DNA from: Octopus vulgaris
Lineage: Eukaryota
DNA length: 64,000 nt
Assembly (NCBI GenBank): GCA_951406725.2
Contig: OX597835.1
Location: forward strand, 682,001-746,000
Direction of reading: 5' to 3'
A program made the position numbers and the translations under genes. The notes under the pieces were generated by a model. That model was not told where the DNA came from and ran no database searches. It saw nothing but the letters and a program-made list of their open reading frames with translations. Below are positions 45,930 through 58,836 of this stretch, piece by piece; the stretch's first letter is position 1, and every line of letters begins with the position of its first letter.

Positions 45930-47352
45930 CTAAAAGAATATAAAACAGAATACACGAGATACGAGAGATTTCATTGAACCGTCCCTTCTTATACTTTTTC
46001 TATCTTTCAAACACATTTTGCTGGTCGACACAAACCTTCATTTTCCTCACAACTATTATTTTAAAAAAAAATCCTTTCCATTATACACCATATTTGTTAT
46101 GTTTTCTTTCATTATGCAAATAGACACAAATGACCTCAAATTAACAAAAATGGACATAATTAACATCATATTGTCTAACTAACTAACTAACCCAACATCT
46201 GATGAAAAAAATAATGCTTTTTATCAGATATTTTTTTTTTAACAGCTATAAAACAATTAAGTTAAATATTTCAGTTCTGGAATTGTGTGGAAATAATGAG
46301 AAAAAGACCTGATGGGTTCAGCCTTTGTCATATACAGTATTCTGATTCATTCCCTCTCTTACATATTCTAAATGCTTTGGCAGAGGTGGGGGCTACTGGG
46401 TCAGATGTTGAGTAAGAATAAATTGTTGGCTATCACCAACATTTTTCACCTGGTGGCATTTGCAACATTTGGCATCTGATCAAGGTAAGTCTAGAAAGTG
46501 TGCATGGCTGCTGCAGTATCTCCTCAGTCAGGCTTGTTGTGCTGATGCTCTACTTCCAGTTGCTTCTAACAATATTTATTGTAAAAGTACAATTATACCC
46601 TTTTCGCTGTCAAAACCAACAATAAAATCATGGCTGTGTATAATACATGATATGAAGCTGCAAAGTTTTATCTTATCATCCATTTTTATTAAGAAAAAAT
46701 CACATTGATGTAATGGAAACATTATTATCTTAAGGAGGAGGAGGAGGCAAGCTGGCAGATTTGTTACCTTTGTGTCTTTTCTTCTGGCTTTTAACTTTTT
46801 GAGTACAAATGCTGCCAAGGTTGACTTAGCATTTTGTCCTTTTGGAGTTAATAAAATAAATATCAGTGAAGCACTGAGGTTGGCATAATCAACTCCCTGC
46901 CCCACCCATTCCAAACTGCTGAGTTCGAGCCAAAGGGAGAAGGAATTACTTTTCATGATTTTTATTGGAATATGTTTTAGATAAAATGACATATTAAAAA
47001 CTAATATATCGGATAAAAGTAGATTATCTTCTCTGGAAGCAATTATGCTACACTGCAGGTTACCATATTGAAGTTTTTAAGACAATTAAAGCCCAAAGAT
47101 CAAAAAGAATATTAAACATGAACTTTTACAGAGCATTCTCCTCCTTTTTTGTAGAATTTCTGTCTTTCTTAATGATGGATGAGTTTGATGATAAACTTTA
47201 TATTACTCGTTTCATCTTTCTGTTTTTATTTGTTCATAGTAATTCTATGAAATTGGAAACTTAAGTACTTTTTATTCTGAATTGAAAATTAAGCTCAGAC
47301 AGTGTTGTTTTCCTTGGCAAAATCCATTAATTAAAAAAATAAATAAACAAAC

Positions 47353-47480
47353 CTGTATTGTACCAATTTCAAAGAATTGTGAGGCAGAAATTGGGATTCC
47401 AAAGTAGAGTGTATCTGTTGAGAATTGTGGACTGTTGTCATTGGAATCTTTGACCTTCACAACTATTTCAAGAGTTTTAA
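47353..47480 (-). CDS. Cadherin exon (KTLEIVVKVKDSNDNSPQF…GIPISASQFFEIGTIQ)
   Basis: TAG/GT sites; DxNDNxPxF motif; in phase. Confidence 0.93.
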
Positions 47481-48306
47481 CTATAATAAAAAGTGATTTA
47501 GAATGTATTTGTTAAGGTGAATGAAACTGTAGCTTTGATGTTATTGCTGTTGTTTAAAATCATGTCAGATGTGATTCAGAAGACATTCAAGCGAATATGT
47601 TCCAGCCATTCTAGCCAAGACACCATTTCATCTTTTATTCAGATAATCTTTATAGAGCTGCATTATCAAATGTGCCTTCTTTTCTTTTCAAGGTGATAGG
47701 AGTGACATTTGACTGCTATTTCTAGCAAATTGAGTAACATCATAGAAGCTCCCTTACTTGTTTGAGGTAAACAAATTAGCATAGATTGTAGAGTTCTGAC
47801 TTCAAAATCTGCTGGAAAGGAATGGGTCAGGGAAGGTTTGAGTTATTATTGATGTTCATCTCTCCAGTCACAGTATATATACCCGACTCATGCATCACTC
47901 CAATACAAAGGGTGGTTAAGCGCCTATGTAAGAATGCAATATTTAATGCTGTTCGATATGTTGACACAGTCATACGGAATTATGGAAATAGCAGAACTGA
48001 GAAATAACTTGCAGTGTGATTTAGTGGGAAACTTCATGCTAACAAGACTGGTACAGGTAAATGGTAAGTCCTTCTACCAGACTGAGTAAAACTGGTTCAA
48101 AGAAGAAGTATTGTCTTTATACCAAACGGATTATAGTCGGCTTCAACAAATAATATGTCCTTATGCCAGGTTAGGTGTAAGGAGTTCTTACAAAAAGTAT
48201 AGTCATTTTGTCATGACAGCAGGTTGGTCATGGTTGATATTGAATCTTAAAGTACTAAACAGTAATGCACTCAAGTATTAAATCAATGCATTAAGAACAG
48301 AATTAA

Positions 48307-48526
48307 CCCTTTAGCATTTAAACTGACCAAATCCAGCCCAAGTATTCTATCGATTTTATGTTCAAACGAACCAGATCCTGCTTCTTATGTTTATCCTACA
48401 ATGTCATTCTAAATATATACAATCACACCATCGAAATCTTAAAGCTACAAGATAATGCATGATTAATTCAAAGCAGTGTGAATAAATAAGCATTACATTT
48501 GAGGGAGTAATTTGAATATTAAAGGA
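48307..48526. mobile_element. TTAA-flanked ~220-bp MITE (piggyBac/T2-like); related copies at 10821-11038 and 14752-14947 (inverted)
   Basis: TTAA|CCCTTTAGCA…TAAAGGA|TTAA ends; three alignable copies in the window. Confidence 0.7.
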
Positions 48527-48789
48527 TTAAAGAAATATGAAATTAAAGGATTAAAAAGAAATTTTAAAAAGCATGATCTTTCATGTTTTTTTTAATTTTA
48601 AATTCTTTTTTTTATTGTTAAATTCTTATTTAACAATAAAGACAAAAAACCCCCTCCAAAAATAAGAACTAATTACGTGATGTAGCAGATTAATAGAAGA
48701 AACAAACGAGGAATTAAAAGGAAGAAAGATTTAAAGAAATAAAGAATAAACTAAAGAATGGAAGAGGATTAAACATGAGACTTTCTCAC

Positions 48790-48930
48790 CAATGTTGTTG
48801 TTGTTGCTGGCAACCGATCTTTTCACTCGAGTTGACTTAACAACATCCACAATAAGGGTTACGGTTGGTTTATTTTCCCTATCAATTGGTTTTTTAAGCA
48901 TCAGTTGTTCATCTTTGATACAGAAATATT
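48790..48930 (-). CDS. Cadherin exon (YFCIKDEQLMLKKPIDRENKPTVTLIVDVVKSTRVKRSVASNNNNI)
   Basis: TAG/GTGAG sites; IDRE motif; phase 1/1. Confidence 0.9.
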
Positions 48931-49157
48931 CTAAAAGAAAAGAAAGAAGATTTGACAAAATATCTTCCCTTATTTTGTTTTTCTGTAGCAGTTATAATAG
49001 TAGTAGTGATAGTGGTGGTGGTGGTGGTGGTGGTGGTGGTGGTAGTAGTAGTTGTTTAGCCCTCGGTCATCTCTGATCTAACAGGCCTATGATCAAAGCA
49101 ATTCCAGCTGGTTCTTTATTTAGACATAGTGGTATCTGAAATTACATTATCTAATAT

Positions 49158-49560
49158 AGGCGTAGGAGTGGCTGTGTGGTAAGTAGCTTGCTTACCAACC
49201 ACATGGTTCCGGGTTCAGTCCCACTGTGTGGCACCTTGGGCAAGTGTCTTCTACTATAGCCTCGGGCCAACCAAAGCCTTGTGAGAGGATTTGGTAGATG
49301 GAAACTGAAAGAAGCCCATCGTATATATGTATATGTATATATGTGTGTGTATATGTTTGTGTGTCTGTGTTTGTCCCCCCAACATCGCTTGACAACCGAT
49401 GTTGGTGTGTTTATCTCTCTGTAACTTAGCGGTTTGGCAAAAAGAGACCAATAGAATAAGTACTAGGCTTCCAAAGAATAAGTCCTGGGGTCGATTTGCT
49501 CGACTGAAGGCGGTGCTCCGCATGGCATCAGTCGAATGACTGAAACAAGTAAAAGAATAA
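49158..49560 (+). mobile_element. tRNA-derived SINE family A, full length, with central (TA/TG)n tract
   Basis: A-box TGGCTGTGTGG, B-box GGTTCAGTCCC, conserved body and tail; many copies in the window. Confidence 0.88.
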
Positions 49561-50483
49561 AATAATAATGTTAGTATCGTCTCCCCATCCACATCCAGCA
49601 CATCTATTGCTAAAAGACATCTCAACCATGGCCATCCTGTCTTATCTCATATTCAGGACTATTTCATTCAAATTGGCCATCCTATTTATTTTAAAGAAGG
49701 TAAAAAGATGGTAGGTTGTGATAAGAAGGCAATTTGGCAGCTATTTCTAGCAGCTTGAATGACCAAACAGGTCTGTTTTCTCATTCACCAAATTATCAGG
49801 TGAATAGCTGTTGTTGCTCACAACCACCTCGTTATTTATTTGAGTCCACTGCATGTGATCAGAGGTAGGTTTATGGGGGGGAGGGGGTCAGTTCCCTACT
49901 GATTTCGTAGTGAGATACAGCTCCTTCTTTGGCTAGATTTGAACTCAGCTCTATAAGTTAAGGAATTGTTGTATAGCCCCTCAACCCTGATTGAGCACAC
50001 CTGTGATTATAATTTCAGCCTTGATCATCTTGTCTTTTATTCAAACTTAGTGTCTCTAGCACTACATTATCTAATATAATCTTCCATCTTTTTAAGATGG
50101 TAGAATGTGGTTTGAGTGAGATTTGGCTACTATTTCTAGCAAGTTAAGTAACACTATAGAGCAGTGCTTCTCAAAGTGGGACAATGATTGCAAATAATTT
50201 AGGTTGATTAATCTTGTTTCAATGTTGACAGTTCCCTTTTGCTTTCTTTGCATAAATCACCAAAATAGACAATGCCTTTGGTAAAGTCTTTTGATTGATC
50301 CGATGACTGAATCTTGAATGACAATGGAATTAGTTACACTCAGCTGAGGCAGACCATTTTGTGAACCTTCATGTTATTCAGAATGACAAAGAAGCCTCTG
50401 TCGTTTGATACACTGTATGGAAAAGATATAAAAACAAGGCACAGAGAAAGAGAGAGGTGGGGTGTCTAGTTAAACAAATTTAC

Positions 50484-50643
50484 CTTTATAGTTTGTGAGC
50501 TGGAACTCGACATTAGGCCCTTGAAATTCTTCAAGGGAAGAGAAATTGAAAAGGCTTCTATTGCTGACTGTCTCTTCTAAAACTTCAATTTCTATTACAC
50601 TTCCAGAACCGATCTTTGGAGCATTATATAATTTGATGGTTAC
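50484..50643 (-). CDS. Cadherin exon (VTIKLYNAPKIGSGSVIEIEVLEE…NVEFQLTNYK)
   Basis: TAG/GTAAA sites; 160-nt open frame that joins both neighbours in phase; absent from the ORF track. Confidence 0.82.
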
Positions 50644-50827
50644 CTATTGAGGAAAGAAATGCAAAACCCAGATTAGTAAAATGATAGAGGTTAATTCTAA
50701 TTTTATTCTGCTTTTTGTTTGATGAACAATAGTGACACTGGTCAAAGGTTAAAGGTTGCCAAGGGATTACTTAGTGGTGAAAGTGACAAGGGATTGTCTG
50801 TGAAACTTGCTGGAACAAATATCACAT

Positions 50828-50990
50828 AGGCATAGGAGTGGCTGTGTGGTAAGGAGCTTGCTTACGAACTACATGGTTCCGGGTTCAGTCCTACTACGTG
50901 GCACCTTGGGCAAGTGTTTTCTACTATAGCCTCGGGCCAACCAAAGCCTTGTGAGTGGATTTGGTAGACGGAAACTGAAAGAAGCCTGTC

Positions 50991-51025
<35 letters not shown>

Positions 51026-51034
51026 ATATTATAT

Positions 51035-51126
<92 letters not shown>

Positions 51127-51280
51127 ACAACCGATGGTGTGTTTATGTCCCCGTAACTAAGCAGATCGATAGAATAAGTACTAGGCTTACAAAGAATAAG
51201 TCTTGGGGTCGATGCGATTGACTAAAGGCGGTGCTCCAGCATGGCCACAGCCAAATGACTGAAACAAGTAAAAGAGTAAA
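50828..51280 (+). mobile_element. SINE family A with expanded central (TA)n
   Basis: Aligns to 49158-49560 on both sides of a ~130-bp TA tract. Confidence 0.88.
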
Positions 51281-52561
51281 AAAAGGTATTTTATTTGAAA
51301 GCAATTTCTTTAGATTTCTTGTTGTATATATGTATGTATACATATATATATATATACATATATATATACATATATGTATATACATATATGTATATATATA
51401 GTAGAAGGTGCATGGTTTAGTGGTTAGTATATTTGGCTCACAGTCGTAAGGTTGTGAGTTCAACAGCACACTGTGTCCTTGAGCAAGACATGTTCCAGTC
51501 CACTCAGCTGGCAAAATTGAGTAGTACCTGTATTTCACAGGAGCCAGCCTTGTCACACTGAATCTCCCTGAGAACTACAATAAGGGTACATGTGTCTGTG
51601 GTCTGCTCAGCCACTTGTGCGTTAATTTCACGAGCAGGCTGTTGATTGGATCAACTGCAACTCTCATTGTTGTAAGTGACAGAGTGCCAGTTAGTTAGTT
51701 ATATATGCATATCAACAAGATATACATACATATATATATATATATATAAATAATATATAATATATATACATACACACATATATATATATACATACACATG
51801 CATATATGGGTAGAGGACGTCACCAACGGTGCAAATGACATGAAATACGTAAACAAATGAAGGGAAAACGAGTGAAATACATAAACGATGAGAAAAAATG
51901 GAAAACAGGACAAAGAAAGAGAGAGAAAGGAACCTCCTCCATCAGTTGTCGGCTGTCTACTCCTCATTTCGAGCATTCAATGACAAATAGGAGTCTTCAA
52001 AGGCAGTTACTCCCATAAATTCTAAAAATAAATTCCTATGTAAAAGTTTCCACAAATGTTTCTGCCATGGTGCTGAGAAATATAGAGAGAGTGAAGAAAA
52101 GGTTCTTCAAAGTGAGAAACTCTAGACTGGTTTTTTTTTTTAAAAAGAAATCTACAAATGCATCTACAAGTGCTTGTGAATCAGTGATTGCGTCTACAGG
52201 TGAAGTCTACAAGTGCAAGGGAAAACGATTCAGAAAATGATTATAATAATAAGAATAATATTTTTTATTATAAATAATCTTGACATTCCTTTTATTTTAC
52301 GTAAGATATTCTTTGCATTCTACTGTTGTTTTATTGCCATTTATTTACAAATATAAATTTTATAGGTAAAATATTTTTTTGGGAACGAATCACGATTTAT
52401 AGCATTGCTACAATGGGAAACTATTGCTCTGCTTTACGAGTTTTTACTTGAGTGGTCTCTGGGAACAAATAAACTCGTATATTGAGGCATTACTGTATAT
52501 ATATCATCATCATCATCGTTTAACGTCCGTTTTCCGCGCTAGCATGGGTTGATATACATAA

Positions 52562-52850
52562 AACTTATAAACTAGGGCAAAAGAAAAAAATCCCAATGCC
52601 AGATATGCCGAAAATAGACTTAAATCGTCAATAGCCATATAATTCATCACTATAAGCATGCATCTCGAAGCAAACCGACAGAAATTTCTAAAAAATTTCA
52701 TTATTATCGAAGAAATTTTAAAGAAATTTCTGTCAGTTTTCCTTCAAGATGCATGCTTATAGTGATGAATTATATGGTTATTGACGATTTAAGTCTATTT
52801 TCGGCATATCTGGCATTGGAATTTTTTTCTTTTGCCCTAGTTTATAAGTT
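52562..52850. repeat. Foldback: ~138-bp inverted arms (52562-52699 / 52712-52850) with a 12-bp spacer
   Basis: Direct reverse-complement match with few mismatches. Confidence 0.9.
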
Positions 52851-52913
52851 GTGTATAAATTTAACCTTTAAAGGTATTTTTTTAATATGCTGGCCATTGA
52901 TAACATTTTTTTG

Positions 52914-52950
<37 letters not shown>

Positions 52951-53123
52951 GAAATTTACAGAAAAACAAAAGATGAAGACATGTGTATAAACAACAAGCA
53001 GGTGTTAGTTTGATGCTCAGGAAGGTGAGAAAGTCTTTTACGTTTTGAGCCTACACTCTTCAATAGAAAGGAACACATGGAAATAAAGAGAAAGAATAAA
53101 AAAACTTGTGGAGTTAGCGGTCA

Positions 53124-53157
<34 letters not shown>

Positions 53158-53263
53158 ATTGCATATCATAGTATTGTATTCCGCTTTCTCCTCTTATTTT
53201 GCACTGATTGTGGGCCATCACAGCCACATATACAGACAATGTACACAATATATTGTTCCATAC

Positions 53264-53394
53264 CTCTTCTTCTACTGTTATATTGCACCTATTTTGAGCC
53301 GTCACTGTTATATTGTAACTGTTGGGTTGACTGGGGAAGCCTGATGAGATGCTCACTCCTCCACTGGACTCATCAATACTGAAGATGCCCTGAT
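53264..53394 (-). CDS. Cadherin exon (QGIFSIDESSGGVSI…YNITVTAQNRCNITVEEE)
   Basis: CAG/GTATG sites; FSIDxxSG and YxITVTA cadherin strands; in phase. Confidence 0.88.
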
Positions 53395-53578
53395 CTGCAG
53401 AAACATGCACAAAATAAATATTTCATCTTGTTTGTTTGTAACACCATAAAAACAGGTGCATGCACACGTACATATAAATATATACACTCACACACATATA
53501 TACATATACATTTACATATATATAATCACAAAGATGCACAAACATACATTCACAAGTACACGTACACACACACACACA

Positions 53579-54247
53579 TCTTATACATAAATGGCAATTT
53601 CTGCCTGCCTACCTGTCTCTTACCATCTTTCTGCCTACACCAGTGAACCAATCTTGACGAAACTTGGCATACATGTTAAACTAACATCCAGTTGAATTAT
53701 AGACTAATTGAATCTCTACTTTTGTAGGATCTTTCCTGTTGCTATCATATATTGTGAAATTTTAAAATTTCGTCAAAATTTTCAAATTTGGTATACTGAA
53801 ATAATTTTCCATGTTAAATCCAATTTTGTTATTTACTTGTTCCAGAAAAATGTTATGGAAGTATAAAGTTTAATCGATTTTACTGAATCAGAAAATAGCA
53901 TTTGGAATCTGGCAATCTCTGCATGATAGTTGTCTATCATAAAATGAAAGTAAAATCATTATGAGGAGGAATTTTTATTAAACAAATGAAAGTACAATGA
54001 CCAAAGTTGTAAGAACTTCGAAAGCTTTTATAAGTTTTAATGTCATATGAAATGGTCGAACAGACATGGAATTCATTTAAAAAGGAAAAAATCCTCAACA
54101 AACTTTTTTTGCAAAAAATTGCACAAATCTGTCCTGATCAAGAGGCCTATCTGTTGGGGAGGGCATGGTCTGACATGGAATAAAAAAAAATTTATTTAAA
54201 ACATTCTATTATAAAAATTGCCTGGCAACAATGAGCTATTTAGCTAG
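53579..54247 (+). mobile_element. Non-autonomous Helitron
   Basis: A|TC start, (CTGC)n-like repeat near the 5' end, decayed hairpin and CTAG|T end. Confidence 0.6.
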
Positions 54248-55299
54248 TAAATATATATATAAATAAATATATAAACTGACATACAATGATGGTACAAATG
54301 TATGTACATGCACATATATAAAAATATCGACAACAAAATAATAATTATTTCTAATTTAGGCATCAGGCCAGCAATTAACTGGTAACAGTGAATGCAGTAC
54401 TTAACCTCATAGAAGTGAAAGGCAATTTTGGCAGAGGTGGGATTGCAAAACATTTTCTCAAGCACTCTAGCAACTCTACCAGCCTAACAATAATAGATTT
54501 TCTATTATAAGCACAAGGCCTGAAATTTTGTTGAAGGGGGCTAGTCAGTTTCATCAACCCCTGTGCTTGACTGGTACTCAATTTGTTGACCTCAAAAAGA
54601 TGTAAGACAAAGATGCCCTTGGTGGAATTTGAACTCAGAACATTAAGATTGATGAAATGCCATTAAGTATTTTGTCTAGCATGCTAACAATTCTACCAGC
54701 TCACCACCTTTAATAATATCAGTTTTAAATTTTGGCACAAGGCCAGCAATTTTGTAGGGGGAAGGAGGCAAGTCAACCCTAGTATTCAACTGGTACTTAT
54801 TTTATCAACCCCAAAAGGATGAACAGCAAAGACAACCTCGGCAGAATTTGAAATCACAATGTAGAGAGAGAGAGAAAATGCTGCTCACAATTCTGCTCGT
54901 AGTTTTTGAGGGATCGGGGTGGAAATCGATTACATGGATCCCAATACTTGACTGGTGCTTATTCTATTGACCCTGAGAGAATGAAAGTCAAAGTTGACCT
55001 CAGTGGAATTTGAACTCAGAATGTAAAGGTGGAAGAAAGGCTGTTAAGCATTTTGCCTGGCATTCTAACGATTCTGCCAGCACACCAACTTAATGATAAT
55101 AACAATCCTTTCTGCTAAAGGTACAAGGCCTGAAATTTGTGGGGAAGGGGACAAGTTGATTACATTGAACCCAGTGTTTCACTGGTACTAAATTTATTGA
55201 CTCTGAAAAGATGAAAGGCAAAGTCAACCTTGGCAGAATTTGAACTCAGAACGTAGCAATGGGCGAAATATTGCTAAGCATTTCATCCAGCGCACCACC

Positions 55300-55346
<47 letters not shown>

Positions 55347-56309
55347 CCTTTCTGCTATAAGTACAAGGCCTGAAACTTTGTGGGAAGGGTTAAGTCAATT
55401 ACATCGACTACAGTACCCAACTAGTACTTAACTTATTGACTCTGAAAGGATGAAAGGCAAAGTTGAACTCAGTGAAGTTTGAACCCAGAATGTAAAGACA
55501 GTCCAAATGCCATTAAGCATTTTGCTTGGTGTGCTAACAATTCTGCCAGTTCACCATCTTGATAACAATGACAATGAGAATACTAAAGATGAAACTGACT
55601 GCTCTCAAAAATTAAGCAAAAAAGCTGGAAAAATAATCCAGAATCCTTGTCCAGTACTGGATCAATCCCAAAATCTAATCAGTTGGTGCCAGTCATGAGG
55701 CCAAACATCCCTAAAAGTTTCATCCGAATCCATCCTGTGGTTCTTGAGATGTCTTGTCCACGGACAAACAAACACGACCGAAAACAATACCTCCACCTTT
55801 GTTAAGGTGGAGCTAATAATCATAATAACAAGAATCCTTTCCACTATAGGCACAAGGCCTGATGAAACTTGGGGGAGAATAATTAGAATAATAATGGTTT
55901 CATATTTTGGCCAGCAATTTCAGAGAAGGGGACAAGTTGATTACACTGACCCCAGTGCTCAACAACTGGTACTTATTTTACAGATCCTGAGAGTATGAAA
56001 GATAAAGCTGACCTTGGCAGAATTTGAACTCAGAATGTAAAGATGGATGAAATGCTGCCAAGGAACTTACCTGGCATGCTAACAAGTCTGACAACTTGCC
56101 GCCTTAATAATAATAATAATAATAATAATCCTTTCTATGATAGGCACAAGGCCTGAAATTTGGGGGGGGGAGGGGACAAGTCGATTACATCGACTCCAGT
56201 ACATGACTGGTACTTAATTTATCAATCCTGAAATATGAAAGGCAAAGTCAACCTTGGCAGAATTTGAGTTTAGAATGTAAAGACAGATGAAAGACAGACA
56301 CTAAGCAAC

Positions 56310-56447
56310 TCTGCCTGGCGTTGCTAAGGATTCTGCCTGGCGTTGCTAAGGATTCTGCCTGGCGTTGCTAAGGATTCTGCCTGGCGTTGCTAAGGATTCT
56401 GCCTGGCGTTGCTAAGCACTCTGCCTGGCGTTGCTAAGGATTCTGCC
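56310..56447. repeat. 22-bp minisatellite, ~6 units (TCTGCCTGGCGTTGCTAAGGAT), inside a family-B SINE head
   Basis: ctgcc recurs at 56311, 56333, 56355, 56377, 56399, 56421, 56443. Confidence 0.92.
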
Positions 56448-56460
56448 AGCTTACCAACTT

Positions 56461-56851
56461 TTACTGTTTTACTTGTTTGTCATTTGACTGTGGCAATGCT
56501 GGAGCACCACCTTTAGTCGAAGAAATCAACCCCAGGATTATTCTTTGTAAGCCTGGTACTTATTCTATCAGTCTATTTTGCCAAACTGCTAAGTTACAAG
56601 GACGTAAACACACCAGCATCGGTTGTCAAGCGATGTTGGGGTGGGGGGAGGGAGACAAACACAGACACACACATATATATATATACATGATGGGCTTCTT
56701 TCAGTTTCCGTCTACCAAATCCACTCACAAAGCTTTGGTCGGTCCGAGGCTATAGCAGAAGACACTTGCCCAAGATGCCACGCAGTGGGACTGAACCCAG
56801 AACCATGTGGTTGGTAAGCAAGCTACTTACCACATAGCCACTCCTGTGCCT
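56461..56851 (-). mobile_element. SINE family A, full length
   Basis: Reverse complement of 49158-49560. Confidence 0.88.
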
Positions 56852-57053
56852 TAATATTAATAATAATAGTAAATAAGTACCAGGCACTGGCTCTCATGAC
56901 CTCTGTCTTAACTGATTGGAAGTGTTATCATGTATATGTTTTGTCTTGGTATAAAAAGACATCAAACATTCTGCTCAATATCACAGATTTGCTTGTCCGT
57001 TGCTTGACTTTAATCAGTTGACCATGTTCACTTTGATGGTATGTGCTACTCTG

Positions 57054-57290
57054 AAGGCGGCAAGCTGGCAGAATCGTTAGCACGCCAGGCAAAATGCTTG
57101 GCAGTGTTTCGTCTGCCGATGCGTTCTGAGTTCAAATTCCACCGAGGTTCACTTTGCTTTTCATCTTTTCGGGGTCGATTAAATAAGTACCAGTTACGCA
57201 CTGGGGATGATATAATTGACTTAATCCATTTGTCTGTCCTTGTTTGTCCTCTCTGTGTTTAGCCCCTTGTGAGTAGTAAAGAAATAGGTA
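57054..57290 (+). mobile_element. SINE family B (ggcggcaagctggcagaatcgttagc…gagttcaaattcc…); other + copies near 3618-3830, 29218-29400, 46745-46900
   Basis: tRNA-like A/B boxes, shared body ctttgcctttcatcctttcggggtcgat…aagtaccag. Confidence 0.8.
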
Positions 57291-58584
57291 TGTGCTACTC
57301 TCTCAATAACAGTAATAAAAATAATAACCCTTTCTACAATAGACATAAGGCCTGAAATTTTGGGAGATGAGGTTAGTTGAGTACATTGATCCCAGTGCTC
57401 AACTGCTATTCCATCAACCACAAAAGGATGAAAAGCAAAGTCGACCTCAGCAATGTTTGAACTCAGAACATAAAGAGCTGAAAGAAATTTTGCTTGGTGC
57501 AGCATCTATCCAGTCAGTTCACTGCCTTAATAGTTATTATAATCCTTTCTACTATAGGTACAAGGCCTGAAAGTTTGGCAGAGGGTGGTCCCATTGAGCT
57601 GAGTTCTCAACTGGTGCTCATTTTATTGACCCCAAAAGGATGAAAGGCAAAGTCGACTTCAGTGGAATTTGAACTCAGAATGTAACAACAAATGAAATGC
57701 TGCCAAGCATTTTACCTAGTGTACTAAACAACTCTATTTCTCACTGCCTTAAATAAATATTGGTTTCAAATTTTGGCACAAGGCCAGCCATTTTAGGGAA
57801 GTGGTTCAGTTGATTAATTGCTCAACTGGTACTTATTTTAATGACCCAAAAAGGATGAAAGAACAATGTCTATTTTGGTGGCATTTGAACTCAGAATGTA
57901 AAGTTGGAAAAATGCCATTAACCATTTTTTTTTATCCTAATGAGTTAATTATTTTGCCAATTTGCCAATAACAAAGACGATAAGAAATATGTACAAAACT
58001 TCAGATTTAGTTGATTACACTGACACTGTCCAACGCCTAACCACCACGCCAATGTGCCTCATAATCTCTAGATCATGGGTTCAATTCCTAGACCAGGTGG
58101 TGCATTGTGTTCATTTCACTTCATTGCTCCTGTCTCCACTCCTTTTGATCAGTGGGCAATGTTGGCCTGTTAACCATGCCAACAGGGGTGGCATCATTCA
58201 AATGCTAAAACGACGCAAAGCACATTGTGACTAGCAATGTGTAACAATGTCTGATAGTCAAGTTTGTCACCTGATATTGACACTAGTATTTCACTGGTAT
58301 TTTATCAACCCTGAAAGATGGCAAGCAAGTTGACTTTGATAGGACTTGAAATCAAGACATAGGCATAACTAGAATATTTCTAGGTGTTTGATTGTTTGTC
58401 TACTAATTCTACCATAATCAAATACCAAAAGACATCTTGCCTAGTGATGTTCCAATTCTGCCATAACTGAATACTACAAGGTCACAGAATTTGAAAACTC
58501 TTTTGTTTAAACAAAATTAAAACGTTAAATATTTTTTCTTTCATATCAAAATATCAAAAGCAAAATCCAGAGAACTTTACTAAC

Positions 58585-58836
58585 CTTTTGCTAGTGTGAA
58601 GGCGGTTTCACTTGCAGAGCTGGCAAAAGCCAACATTGTACGATCTACTGCAATGTTATTGGCGATGTAGACAGTTGGTCTAAGCTGTATTTGGTCATCA
58701 CAGACATCAGTGACATTGACAGTTATGGTGTGGGTGTTGTTGAGCTGTGGTTCACCCAAATCGCTGGCAAGGATTTCTATGGTGTACATTGTATTTGTTT
58801 CATAGTCAAGACTATGAATGGTGTATAAATCGCCAG
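58585..58836 (-). CDS. Cadherin exon (GDLYTIHSLDYE…ASDLGEPQLNNTHTITVNVTDVCDD…AFTLAK)
   Basis: CAG/GTTAG sites; LDYE and AxDxGxP motifs; phase 1/1. Confidence 0.93.

Larger units (their letters stand above)
54345..57965 (-). repeat. Dense cluster of about a dozen family-B SINE copies, mostly head-to-tail on -, separated by (AAT)n
   Basis: Recurring units ggcacaaggcctgaaattt…ctggtactt…aaaggatgaaaggcaaagtc…gaatttgaactcagaa…attctgccagc. Confidence 0.85.

Noticed and set aside
56310-56447. CRISPR-like array
   Set aside because: Contiguous 22-bp units with no spacers, eukaryotic context, no cas genes
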